A DNA stretch of 64,000 bases from the NCBI GenBank assembly GCA_009602735.1, contig WELA01003517.1, positions 242,900 to 306,899 on the forward strand. Reading direction: 5' to 3'. Positions 50,798-63,730 of the stretch are shown one piece after another; position 1 is the stretch's first letter, and each line of letters begins with the position of its first letter. Under the pieces are notes generated by a model. It made no database searches. It worked only from the letters and a program-made list of their open reading frames with translations, and was not told the origin of the DNA. This DNA comes from Mesotaenium endlicherianum. Lineage: Eukaryota. Made by a program: the position numbers and the translations under genes.

Positions 50798-53700
50798 TGT
50801 AAGGTCATAGGTTTATAAAGTGCATTTTTGAAAGTATGTTTTGGTTGCATAGAAATGTAGAGTGCATTGTTGTGGTCATTTTGATATAAAGTTCATCAAA
50901 TTTGATTAAGTATTGAGAAAGTTATGGATTTCCAAAGTTTAATTAGCTTTGAGGTCGGTTGACGACTGTCCTTAAGTCGCGGTGAGCGCCATTGACGGAT
51001 TGACCGACAGCGTCGAGCAATCTGGGCGTTAGAGTGAACATAATTTTGGTTGACGCGGAGTGCCGACTAAATCAATTTACCTAGAAGTTTCGGATTAGCC
51101 TAGCGCGTCTAAGTTAGTATATTCTAGATATTTCAATGCATGCATGTGGGCGTCAAATCGGCCCGACACGTCAGATAAGATTGATTCTGCCTACTCACGA
51201 ATATTTTGGAAGGGACGATTTGACACACTCACAAAAATCCATTGCTAAGCGGCCCTCCCGTCTAGAGAGGAGGACTTAGGTCAGAAAACTATAAATTGGC
51301 ATAACTTCCTCATTTCTTATCAGTTTTCACGTCTGTAACTTTCTACGGGTTTGTAATGACTAGGCCTTTCATTTCAATTCATTTGTGAGCAATTTCTTGC
51401 TACTCAAAATGCTGAGTAATTTTCCTAAGCTTTCTTAGTGATATGTTGCTGCACTCTTAAGTATGATTGCAACTATTCTTTCCTCATGAGTCATTACGCT
51501 TCCACTAGGGCACCTCGCCCCTTTCATCCGGTATCGAAGCAGGGCTAGTTTGCATATTATATTATGGAGTCGCAGCCGCCACCTGGAGGAGGCGAACATG
51601 TCGAGCATGTTGAGCGCGTGGGGCAGCAGGCATCACCAACCATGACCAGAGAGCAACAAGAGATGCAGGCGATGCTAAGGCAAATGGCAAATGCAATTGG
51701 AAAGGAAGTCTACGCCCAATTTCAACAAAGTATGCGCGTGAAGCTGGAGAGAATGGTGCCAGTTGTTGTTGGATATGCCGCTTCAACAAGTTCGGCACCT
51801 GCACCTGCTATACCACCAATTCATGTTCAACCAGTGGTGCAACCAGATATTCCACCCGCATCGGGAGTGCGTGCGCCTAAGCCTGAAGTGTATACTCGAG
51901 AGCGTGGATCGCCGCCTGTTCATCAATGGATTTTTGGAAGGAAAAAGTTTATGGAGTATTCTGCGCTCACGACCGACAGGCAAGTCGCCTGTGATTACCT
52001 TGTTGAAGAAGAGTGCTGGAGCTTGGTATGAGCGAGAGGAGCAACTGTCTGGGATTCCTGCTACTGTTGATCAGATATTTGAAGGCTTGAAGAGGCAATT
52101 TCAACCTATTGCACCCGAGGCTTCTGCTCGAGGTTTATTGGTGCGCCTTCGTCAACGAGGAAGCGTTCAGGAGTATGTATCGCGCTTCAACGAGCTGGTG
52201 CTTCAATGCCCATCCATGCACGAGTCGGAGATGATGGACAAGTTCAAGAGGGGACTCAAGCCAACTGTAGCCAAAGAAGTGGCACTCAAGGACCCTACCA
52301 ATCTTGGAGGAATGATGGCATTGGCGACGAGGGTCGACGCTGTGGAGTATAGTCAGAGGGCAGTGGGGCAACGACAATTTTGGAGGACATCGACTCTTTG
52401 GATCTCCAACGCCAAGCACGAGTGGACAAGGCCCAGTACCTATGGAATTAGGACTTGTTCAAAATTAGCGCAGGCATCATCATTTTAAGCCGAGAGGATC
52501 CTGCTATAACTTAGCAAGCTTGGGCATCTCGCTCGAGACTGTCGTGTGAAGGCGAAGAAACCTCAACAACAGGAAAAAGGAGGACGCCAGTAAGTCGTTC
52601 TGGGGCGTCTACTGGCGTGAAGATGGGAATTCACAAGGAGGTTATTCCCAGGAGCCTACGGAGAAGCGAAAGACGAGATGTTGACAAGCCTATTATCGTG
52701 GAAGGAGTGGTCGACGGCAACAAGGCGAAGTGTATGGTTGACAGTGGCGCAAGTGCAAATTTTGTGCACAAGAAGCTTGTGAAGGAGTGGCGAATTCCTG
52801 TGCAGAAGCATTATGAGCCTAAGGAGGCAAATGGGCGAGTGGGCGAATGGGCGAATGGGCGAATGGGCAGAGACTCAAGTGTGGTGCACCTACAGAAGCT
52901 ATTCACGTGGAAGTAGCGGGCACCAGAGTAATGAAGTTCTGGAGCAGGCAGAGTTAGGTCACCATGAGGTGATATTGGGCCGACCATGGCTAAGAAAAGT
53001 AGGTTTACTGGAGCACAGGACAAGTGAAAGTCCAAGGGCGTGATGGTCGAATGGAGACAACAAAACAGGTGGAGGTAGATACACCACAAGTAACTGTTTT
53101 GTGTCGAACCTGCGAGTTAAGAAGCTATGCAGGGCAAATCAGGTGAAGGAGATGTACCTTGTTTCGGTGGCCCTGACCCATTCATCAGATGGAGCAAGCG
53201 TGAATTGTAAAAGTCTGGGCAAGAGCTTGTTGCCAGAGGAGCAAGTAGCGGTGTTTGATCCCCTTGCTTAGAAGGAGCAGAGCCCAACTGCTCAAGAGAA
53301 GAAGAAGCCTGCTGAGATGCCTGCCCAAATTAAGGCGTTGTTGGAGGAGTTCAAGAGCGTGTTTTCTGAGAAACTACCTGCAGGATTACCTCCACAGAGA
53401 GCTATGGAGCACAAGATTGAATTGGAACCAGGGAGCAAGCCACCGGTGAAACCCGCCTATCGACAATCGTTTGTGGAGCTGGATGAGTTGAAGAAGCAGC
53501 TGACATAGTTATTGGAGAAGGAATTTATCCGACCCAGCGAGTCTCCATTTGCAGCGTCAATCTTATTTGTGAAGAAGAAGGATGGGACTATGAAGATGTG
53601 TGTCAACTACCGAGCACTCAACAAAATCACCAATAAGAACAGGTACCCACTTCCATGAGTGGACGAGTTGATTGACAGGCTTGTCGGGGCGAAGTATTTC

Positions 53701-55027
53701 TCGAAGATCGATTTGAGGAGTGGCTATCACCAGGTACGGATTGCAAAAGAAGAACGGCATATGGTATTATGGTGATTCCAAGAGAGTGGTGGTACCTGAC
53801 ATCAAGGAGCTATGAGACTTACTACTTGCGGAGCATCATGACGGCTTATATGCTAGACACTTTGGAAGTGAGAAGACGGCAAGCGTGCTGAAGCGAGAGT
53901 ACTATTGGAGAAATATGGACAAGGACATCGAGGAGTGGATCAAAAATTGCGATGCGTGCCAGCGGAACAAAACGCCGAATCGGAAGAAGGGAGTTACGTG
54001 CGGCCATACGTTGACCCAAATGAAGGACATCCAGGATGACTACCTACACCGCCATCACCGGTCGAGATCGATAATGTATTGGAGTATGAAGTGGAGGCGA
54101 TTGTCGGCGATCGACGAGTCAAGCGAGGTCAACAATTTGTTCAAGAATATCTGGTCAAGTGGAAAGGCTACCATGCGGACGACAACACTTGGGAGCCGGA
54201 GGCCAACTTGACTCATTGTAAGAGTAAGTTGAGACGTTATCTGCAGAATGCGTCGAGGACGTCGCATCTTGAGGAGGGGGATGATGTAAGGTCATTGGTT
54301 TATAAATCACATTTCTAAAAGTATATTTTGATTGCATAGAAATGTAGAGTGCATTGTTGTGGTTATTTTGATATAAAGTTCATCAAATTTGGTTAAGTAT
54401 TGAGAAAGTTATGGATTTCCAAAGTTTAATTAGCTTTGAGGTCGGTTGACAACTATCCTTAATTTTGCGGTGAGCCCGACCGTCGGATTGACCGACAGCG
54501 TCGAGCAATCTAGGCCGTTAGAGTGAATTCGAACCTTCACATAATTATGGCTGACGCGGAGTGCCGACTAGGTCGATTTACCTAGAAGTTTTGGATTAGC
54601 CTAGCGCGTCTAAGTTAGTATATTCTAGATATTTCGATGCATGCATGTGGACGTCAAATCGGCCTGACAGGTCAGATGAGAACGATTTGGCCAAGTCACG
54701 AATATTCTGGAAGGGACGATTTGACAAACACTTAGGAGAATCCGTTGCTAAGCGGCCCTCCCGTCTAGGAGGACTTAGGTCAGAAAACCATCAATAGGCA
54801 TAAGTTCCTCAATTCTTATCAACTTTCACTTCTGTAAATTTCTACGGGTATGTAATGACGAGGCCTTTCATTCTAGTTCATTTGTGAGCAGTTTCTTGAT
54901 ACTCAAAATGCAGAGTAATTTTCCTAAGCTTTCTTAGTGATATGCTGCTGCAGTCTTTAGTATGATTGCAACTAGTTCTTTTCCTTGTGAGTCATTACGC
55001 TTCCACTAGGGCACCCCGCCCCTTTCC
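50798..55027 (+). mobile_element. Element E: fam2 chromovirus, internally deleted (non-autonomous)
   Basis: LTRs 50798-51526 and 54285-55027; TSD CTATT/CTACT; degenerate Met-type PBS; gag; PR VDSGAS; only the RT N-terminus and the integrase zinc finger remain; chromodomain YEVEAIVG...YLVKWKGY...[21 protein letters not shown]. Confidence 0.9.
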
Positions 55028-57149
55028 CTACTCCTCTTGAGCCTTAGGCTCTGTTGCCTTACCTTCAGGTCCCTTACCCTTTCCTTGCGATCTACGTTTC
55101 TCTTGTTGTGAGTCAAACTTCAGCCGCCTCTTGATCGGTTGTCGTAGGAACCGTTCTTTGTCTTCGCGAGTCCAGCTGGTACCCGTCCCGCCTGCTTTGA
55201 GTGGTGGACGTGTATTGGCCACTGGCCATTTAGCCCGGTCATGGGTAGTGATCCTTGGATCAATAGTCCACCCCCACTGACGCTCTAGTGTAGGAATGTG
55301 GTCTAGTGTAACTCCAAGATTTTCTCCTGATGGTGGTGTGATTGTCCAGCCACGTGACACAAACCAAGGATCTTGCAGATCTGCCAACCTACTACGTAGA
55401 GTATTCTCCTCAACCAAGCGCTGCACTGTCCTTCTCAGGTCAGCGACTTCTTGTTCAGTGGCTGTGGGTGCCCTAGGGGCAGATTCTGCTCTTCCCCACA
55501 TTCCAGTGGCTGACGACGTTACCATGGGAATGTGAAGTCCCTAAGCGGCAGCTCTACGCATGAGACCTGCTTTGCCTTCCCTCTGTAGAATATTATTGGT
55601 TGGCTGTGGTGGGGCAGTGATTCCTTTTGGAGCTCCTTTCGTGCGAGGTTCCCCTCGGTACTTGAGGTTACGTATCAACATCCGTTTGAATGGTGCGTTT
55701 CCCTCACAAGCCACCTTCCTTGGCCTACTCGCGTGGCCTTGTGGCTTGCCTTGAACTGCTTCTGCCTTAGCAACATATGCACTCACCTCTGGTGGTTATT
55801 ACGGCCCTCCTTGTGCTTTTGTTGCTGGCAGTAGGTGACTTCAAGTCTTCATAAAGGTCGGTTGGGTTGGGCCCCTCCAGTGTTAACGGGTCAGATACCT
55901 AGTCATTGGTTTTGAGCTCTTGCAGCTCTTGTAAGTCCAGCTTTGGAGAGGAGACCGTGGGATCTCATTCCCTACGTCCCCTCCATTTGTGAGCTCAGGC
56001 AATTTGAACTCTCGCGCATCAGGCATTTCTGCCTCGACTGACTCTTCACTCCTGGTAGCGACGATTCTTTGTCATCTTCCGTGTTGAGCTTGGCCGTATT
56101 GATAATCGTGTCTTGCAAGGAATGCGCTACTTGCGCTACCTTCTCTCTTTTGCGCTGATCGGCATCTGCCTTCAGAAGTTGATCGAAATCTGCCTGGTGA
56201 TGTTCCCGGCTGTTAAGCAAACTGTAGCCAGCTGACGCTCCTCCTTGGTTGACTTTAAGTTGGATGCGTAGCACGTCTTCCTTGCTTCCTCAATCACCTC
56301 CTTGTGACTCTCATTAGTCAGTTCCAAGCATATGGTCCTTCCAGACCTCTAGAGTCTGCAGACTTCTGGCTGCTTGCTTCGGCCCATTCACCAATGTTGC
56401 ACTGGCGCTCAGCATGATAGGCCTAATAGTCTTGCCGTCTTGGGTCATCGTCCTCTAGAGTGCAACTTGGTGTACCATTTGACCATTTCCGATCTTGTGA
56501 GGATGATAGGCAGCGCTGATTAGCTTCCCAGCTACTTGAGCTCGCTTCCCAGTAGTGACCATTTTCAGTCGCTCTTGGATTGTCATTAGTGTCGTAACCA
56601 GAGTGTCCACCCTCTTCTCACAGCGAAGTCGCCTCCTGTCTTGGCGTCTGCTGCCGTTCAAGTGTATCTTCTTGTTCAGGTGATGGTATTATAATTAGTC
56701 CAGCCGCTGCTTCTCTTAGCTAAGGCGGCGTGACTTTTGTGTCTTCTACCCATGGCCCAGATATTATGAGTGATGTAGACCTGTCTGTCACTTCTTCGTC
56801 TGGTGGGGGAGAGTCTCGTCATGGTGATCTTTGTCTGCCATGGGCGTGTCTTCCCTTTCTAGAAGTGTAGTTAGCGCAACCAGCCTATGATCTATGCGTT
56901 CCCGCAACTCGTGACATTGTGCCAATTTTTAGCCATCCCGGCTTCTTTGAGTGGAGTGTGGGTACCTTTGGTTTCTCCAGCAGCATTTCTGCGTCTTGGA
57001 GTCAGCTCCCGGCGTTGTCAAACGTTCCGGTCAAGTCTCTGATCCGAAGTGGGTACCACAAATATTTTACTTCATACCTTTGGCGGCTTGGGCATGGGCT
57101 TATTGGCAAAAGCCATTTGTTGCCGAGTCATAGTAGTCTCCAGCAACCA

Positions 57150-58085
57150 GGTCATAGTATGTTGCCCAATTATGTTGCCAAAAATCTTGGCCGCCTCTGT
57201 CCTTCCAACCTTGTGGATAATGTCCATAACAACCTGCTCTGGAAGTCCCAAACAACTTCCCTTTTCCATAGCATATGGTTCTCGCCAAAGAGAGTCGGTG
57301 GCAAAGTCTCTAACCATTCCAGCTCCTCCTTTGGTGACTCAGGGTAGGCTGTGGAGGTACGCAGAACCTCCCTTGGTTTCCTTGGTTTGTTGATGCCATA
57401 CTCAGGGTAGGTATTCTTCCTTGCCACCGATTTAGTAATTACTCCCAGCACTTCTCCCACGCATCGTGCGTTAGGTGGTCGTTTTGAGATAGTCTCCATA
57501 GCCCTTAAATGTTCAATGGGCATACCATTTGTCTAGAATATCTTGGCTCGTGGAGACAATCCCCCACGCCTTGCGTCGTTTAGCAAGGCATGATGCCCCA
57601 AGGTGGAGTCGAAGATCAACCATGGAGCCTCTGGCTTCATCTCCTTGTAGTCCAATTTTGGGTGCACATTCTTAATCACTAACACAGGTGGAAACTGGCG
57701 CTGGCGTTCCTGCAGCGACTAGATGATTTTCACTATCTTTCCCCAGTGTTGTGTTTTGTGATCATTAAATCCTCTTCTCATTTCGGCTTGAGAAAATGGT
57801 TGGCAAGGAAATCCAGCAAATACCCAATCAATCCGGTATGGATGAGGACTTTCCAACCTGACGTTCTTGATGCATCCGTCAGCCATACGCTCCACGTGCT
57901 GGTAGGCTGGCGTCAATTCCTTGAAATGATACATTTGCCGCATCTGACTCATGGCTTCTTGAAAAGTGCGGAAGGCGTTGTCGTTGTGATCCATATAGAG
58001 AACTTTAGACACTTTAATCCCCCTCTAAATCAATGCCATAGTCCCAAATCCCAACCCACCAAATAATTCCAGTACCACCACTCCC
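57150..58085 (-). pseudogene. C5 cytosine DNA methyltransferase domain within the polyprotein of element F
   Basis: Motifs in canonical order: I VLELFGGLG; II LYMD; IV FAGFPCQPFS; VI LVIKNV (ENV-like); VIII NDARRGGLSPRAKIF*TN; IX REPYAMEKGSCLGLP; X KIFGNII. Motifs I-VIII lie in one frame broken by TAG stops. Confidence 0.85.
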
Positions 58086-61000
58086 GCTTCTCGGAAGAGA
58101 TTTTCCATCCGGATAGTCGCTTGAGATATAAGCTCCACTTCTGGCATCAAATTTAACACTGAAGTGACTGGATAAGGCACAGGTCGCAACTCTTGCGGGC
58201 CACGTTCCATGTTACTCACCGTTTCCAATTGCGCCATCCTGTTTGTCTGCCAAACCAATGATAGCGGCATGTTGATGCTGGCGTAAGCTTCTTCCTCCCT
58301 CTTCATTAAGTTGTCATAGAATACTGGATACCCGGTGGTTGCACAGCAGTCTAGGATCCCATAACTTGCTGCACCATGGCAAACCATCTTCACAGGAATG
58401 TCTCCTGCTGGTTGCTTATCCGTTTGCTGGTAGGTCACCTTTTGCTTCCGCACATCGATAAGCATGCCCAAGGGAATCAGTGCTTCTGTTCCCAGTAGTA
58501 TGTCATAGTTCTTTTCTTCTGTCACGATGCATTCGATCCACAATGACGCCTCCTCAGGTTTCCTCGAGTATACTGTGAGTTTCACAAGCTTGCGGGTGAT
58601 CCCTTAAGATTTGGAAACTTGCGCTGATGCGGTCCTCAACTGGAAAGGGCTGTCTTTTAGATTCCTTGCAATCAATCCTAGAGCTTTCACAACTCGTTTT
58701 CCCAGGATGACTAGTTGTGCGCCCGTGTTCAATGAATTGTTGGGGGCAGCCCAGTTGTTGAACTTCAATACACCCTCTTTATTCAACACTCTTACAGTGC
58801 TGAAATTCGCAGGCAATGAGGCGCTATTCGCACCTTCCTCAGCCGTATCCAGCTGTCGCTTGGTCTCTTCGACCGTGAAAGGCAATGTAATATGCAAGTC
58901 AACAAGTGAGATCATAGGTGTATGCTGAATCCGGTGTTCCACCAGAGCTTTCAGCTTATCCAACGAAAAATCGAACGTGCGTGACCCAATCCTGGCTTGG
59001 CGTAGCTGAGCGATCTCCTTTTCAACTAGGGTGATCCGAAAGGTCTGTGGAAGCTTCCCAGCGTTCTTAGGCACCAATTGGTCATGATTTGCCCACTCAT
59101 TGGCTATTGCAGTCGTTACCTTTTTCAGGCATCAACTTCTTGCCTTTGAGACGGTTTTCTCTGCCACATCTGCATCATAGTAGACATTGGGTGTATTTAA
59201 TTTTGCAAATTGAGCTTTTAACTCAACAATCTCATAGCATCAAACTCATGATTGCCCTTGTAATCACCAGAGTTATCCTTTCTTTTCTTTTTACCCTTTT
59301 GCCTCTTTCGTGGCAGCATAAGCCCATGGTGGCTTTAAATTTGGATTCTTAGACCAACACTCATCTTCCGAGTGTCCCTTTTTGCTGCAATGTGGGCAAA
59401 CTTACCCTTTGCTAGCAAATAGTTGCTTAGCATCCGGGTACAGACAATCTCTCTTTTGATGTCCTGATTTTCCGCAATTCCAACAATCTTTTGCTGTCCT
59501 AGCAATGTTGGCGTGCTTAGCAAACCTATTGAAAGACCCGCTCTTCTTCTTAAACTGAAATTCAGAGCTGTTGGCCTTAGGAGGAGAGATTCTTCCTTTT
59601 TCTCAGGAGCCATAGGCATCCCGAAAGTCTCCTTGTACCAGACTTTACCTTCCTCGACATTGCGTGCTATTTCAACAGCTTTGTCGATGTCCCAGTCGAT
59701 TCCGCGTCTTGCAGATAGATGTGGCCTGACTTCACAATCTGTCTCCTTGCCCAAGCACAACATAAACTTGTCAGCCACAATCCTGGGCTCGTAGATTCCT
59801 GCCTTTTTGGCAAGATCTACTAATCTGGACTTAACCTCCATTGTTGTCTCATTCTTCTGACGGACAAAATGCACATACCGGTGCACCTTAAGACTGTGAT
59901 CCTAAGAAAAACGCTGCTCAAGCAACTTAAAGAAACGACGCAAACAGTGTTCAAGATCCAACTGGTTATCTCCAACTTCCATATCCCTGCGACAAATAGC
60001 CAAAGCTTCCGCCTAACTAGCCTCAATGGTAGCACTGTTGCCTTGCTGCCCAGTAAATAGTGCAGCCCTGCGTGTTACTCTATCCTGGGCATTTGCAATC
60101 ATTTCAGACACATATGCACACACTCTACGCAATTTTGCGACGGACCCGACATCATTATCTGGAGAGGTCGTTCTTTGTTGACCCCCGGTAAGGTGTCACA
60201 TGGCCTCAGTAAGCTCTTTTGTTAGTGCAGCTAAGTCTACGCTCTCGACAGGTGCGGCAGGCACTGCTCTCCCCGACGACAAAGCGGACAAACGGGCTTT
60301 CCCAACCTCTTTCTGAAATTTTAAATCCCTTGCTTTCTTTGGCTCTCCAGATGCCCATTCCTGGGTAAGGTCCTCATCCTTCCGGAATTGACGATAGAGT
60401 AGCAAGGCATCCTTGTCCAAGTATTGAACCTGACTTATGAATGCAACAGACTGTGTGTATGAGACATCATTTTGGATCTTCTCAAAGAAGTCCACTCAAT
60501 AGATCTCATCAAACTCTTCAAACATGAGACTATTTTCGCCAGATTGTCTGCTAAAGCATTTCGTAGGCAGCTTGAACTTAGAATTTTAATCCCTGTCATT
60601 ACCAGCCATTTCTACAGGTGACCAGGACTCACTGACTCTTACCCACGCGTCTTGTTCTCTGCTCAAATCAGGTGCAAATAAACGTGCGTTATAGGGATTC
60701 TCATCGTTTGCAGAGATATGGCGAGGCTCGTCTCCCAACGGCCGCTCACTCCACGGGTTGTCAGACCGCTCAGATGTCTCACTTCTTCGTGGACTTTGGT
60801 TAGAATCAGAGCTTTCTGCAGGCTCCATAGGATGATAGATCTTACCACTCCTCAACCGCATGTACAATTGAATTTCTCCGGGTCCTCTTCCAGGTTAAGC
60901 TCCGGCAGTCTTCACAAGGTCTCAATCCCCAATTTTCTTAGGAACTCTTGTTCACCTGAACCACTCAATTGAAGTTCTCAAAAGTAGGACAGACGTGCCC

Positions 61001-62841
61001 TATTTCCAAATAGGCTTTCGCCAAAGTTGACGGTTTAACCAAGTGAACAAATTTGTAGTTTGCAAAAATTACGTCTAAGCAAATTAACACACACACACAG
61101 CACCAGTGTTCATAGGAAATCGCCCACCAGGGCTTTCGCTTAACTTTCACTGAGTCACAGCTTACAAAACTCTGAAAGTATGGCAACTATGCTAGCCTGG
61201 TTTGAGCACTTCGCCCAACACTGCGCCTTAGCAATTCTTATCGTTGGCTAGGCTCACTCACTTCTTCACTAAGAGTGCTCCTGATTAATTCCGCTCTTGC
61301 TTTCAATAATTTGACAATAGAGACTTCTAAGAAATTAGAAACTAACACAGCACTCACCATTTTATGTGCTCTCGCACGCTTGTGGTGTCCGGGTCCAACT
61401 TTACGCTAGTAATCCTTGCTACTTTCTATCAGAGATCCCTTCTTGAGAACTCCTTAACTCTAACTTTTCTATGATACAAAGAAAGGATCTTCGACCGTCG
61501 GCTGGAGATGCCTCCTTGGCTCTCCCGTAGCCTTGGGAATTCCCTTCACCTTCGCGCCCTTCTCTTTTATTCATCTCTCACTCTTGGCTCCTTCTGCTGC
61601 CTTGGCAAACGTACGCGGCAAGAATGAGATGAGATTGTGCAACGCTTGTGCCTTACTCGGGCACCACGCATGCAGGCCTCTCCCTCTCTCTCGAGTTCCA
61701 ATGCTGCGTCACACCCCTCACACAACACATGCATGCAATCTTGAGTTTATCACTCGAGCGTCTTAACCTCTTGGTTAGCATGCAAGCCTGGGCAACGTCG
61801 CAGCCCATGTCCCTTGGGTGGCTGCTTAAGTAGTGGCAAACTCGGCCCAAGTCCAGCGACAAAGATCGCCATCCAGTCAGCGCTTCTGACTCGGCAACTT
61901 GTGCATGTCTGCAGCATGGTCAGCTTCGCAGCTGACTTGGCATTTCCTCCCGGCTCTTCAGCCTAGTCAGCTTCGCAGCTGATCTGTCAATTCTTGCAGG
62001 CCTAGCTTAGTCAGCTTTCCGGCATACTGGACTGTGAAACCCATTCACCTCTGAGCGTCGGGTTTGACCTCACTTCTGGTCAAGTTCACTCGTCGTCTAA
62101 ACTAGTGCTGACCTGTCGGTGGTCAACTGATGGGACTGAAGTCAGCGCTGACTTCTGACCCTGGGCGGGTCGTGACTTGTGCTGCGGCACCGTCAGACGG
62201 ATAGCAGTCGCCACAACCAGCCCTTACTGTCCATAATGTCATTTCACTTATACGAACTGATATTCATACTTGTCGGTTGCATTAGAACCTGCGCCTGTTA
62301 TGGAGCCACCTTAGAAATTGCCGCATGTGCGGATGCTGGCGGATGCAAGATCGCGCGGCAATACATCGGTGACCGCAATTAGGATCGATCCCAATCTGCG
62401 TGTTTACTTCCAAATTTTCGTCTTTGTCTTAAAGTCGGTCGCAGTGAAATGTGCGCCTTTTACAGAGCCACATTAAGAGACTCCACGAATGGATGCAAGA
62501 TTGGATCTTCAAGCAAAGAAGCCTAGTCGTGAAGCAAATTTTTTGATCTAGCTGTCTAGTGTCACAGACCATCTTAATTGCTTGAAGTGGTGCTGCAGGA
62601 TCAGCGTGTACAATGGTATATTTAATCTTCTTAGAGCTGCGTTTGGATCGATAGGCTGCTGAAACCCGAGGAAGACCGAATATTGATGATCATTTCCCTT
62701 GCTCTGCCTGTGAAGGACTGTTGCTCTCCGTTTTTCATAGTCAGCAGCTAGACGGGCTCCGGACTGCCTTATTGTTGACAACAAAATGCCAGAACCTAAG
62801 GTTCTTTGACCTGTTTCGGTGCGGACGAAGTACACTTCAGT

Positions 62842-63381
62842 ATGGCTCTTTCGACACCTGCCTCAAGTGAGCCTGTGGGTCAGACAAATGCCGCCCGAAG
62901 TCCGGCGTCGGCGTCTGAGCTAGACGTCGAATCTGGGACAAGCTCTTCGAATGGTCCACCTACACTCGTGCTTCCCTTCCACAGCAGTCCAAAATACACC
63001 TCTGCCCCGTCCAGCTCATCAGTTCCTCAGGGCAAAGCGCATGACCACGGCTACCACCCACCCTCGCCTCCAACTTTTGGCCTCTCCTCTCCCTCTCGTG
63101 CAGCTGCTCCAGTGCCTCCGCCAGCAAGAGCCCAGCAGGCTTCTAGAAGTTCCCAGCAGTCCACGTCCTCAGAGTCGGTAGTCATATCCCCTGTTCTCGC
63201 CCTAGATGCTTACTCTGTCCCGAGCCTATCCCTCCCTTCGCCTGTCCCCCGGGGCCCTCCGTCGTTCTTTGAGGGAGACGATGGTGCTGCTGGGCCGGGG
63301 GTGTACGGCACGGATCTATCGGAGGACAATCTCAACGGTGCTGAGACATCGGAGCCATTTGTGCAATTCACTGCCAGCTTG
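62842..63381 (+). CDS. Probable first coding exon of an unknown host gene (Ser/Pro-rich N-terminus)
   Basis: ATG at 62842, open for 180 codons to a plausible donor TTG|GTACGC, followed by an (AC)n-rich intron-like stretch like those in clpD. No recognisable domain. Confidence 0.45.
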
Positions 63382-63469
63382 GTACGCCCCTGTCCGACCA
63401 TGGCTACCATGTCGCACCCCCTCCCCTGCCCTACCCCTCCCTCCGGTGTCCTGACCAGCTCTAGTGTCA

Positions 63470-63618
63470 ACACATATGCACACATGCACGCACGCACGCA
63501 CGCACATACGCAGGCACGCACACACCAGGCACACACGTGCACACACACGCAGACGCACGCACACGCACTCACATACGCACACGCACACGCGCACACTCAC
63601 GCACACGCGCGCGCGCGT

Positions 63619-63666
<48 letters not shown>

Positions 63667-63730
63667 GCGCACGCACAAACACACGCTTACATGCATGCAC
63701 GTACTTTGAGGTGACACGCACGCACGCACA
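63470..63730. repeat. (AC)n/(GC)n/(ACGC)n microsatellite complex
   Basis: Seen directly. Confidence 0.9.

Larger units (their letters stand above)
49345..62177 (-). mobile_element. Element F: decayed gypsy-like LTR element, gag-PR-C5 DNA methyltransferase-linker-RT, interrupted by element E
   Basis: gag start MRLRSGK (~60861); two CCHC knuckles (CWNCGKSGHQKRDC, CPHCSKKGHSEDEC, ~59350-59490); PR-like LNTGAQLVIL and YDILLG; MTase motifs; RT RMCGDYKRLN, IDLREGFNQI, YNDDVVVFS (49570-50640). Tentative 5' LTR 61365-62177 and PBS-like TGGTGAGTGCTGTG (~61346-61359). Confidence 0.75.

Noticed and set aside
63382..63714. His/Thr/Ala-rich tail of the 302-aa ORF
   Set aside because: Read-through into an (AC)n microsatellite, most likely intronic
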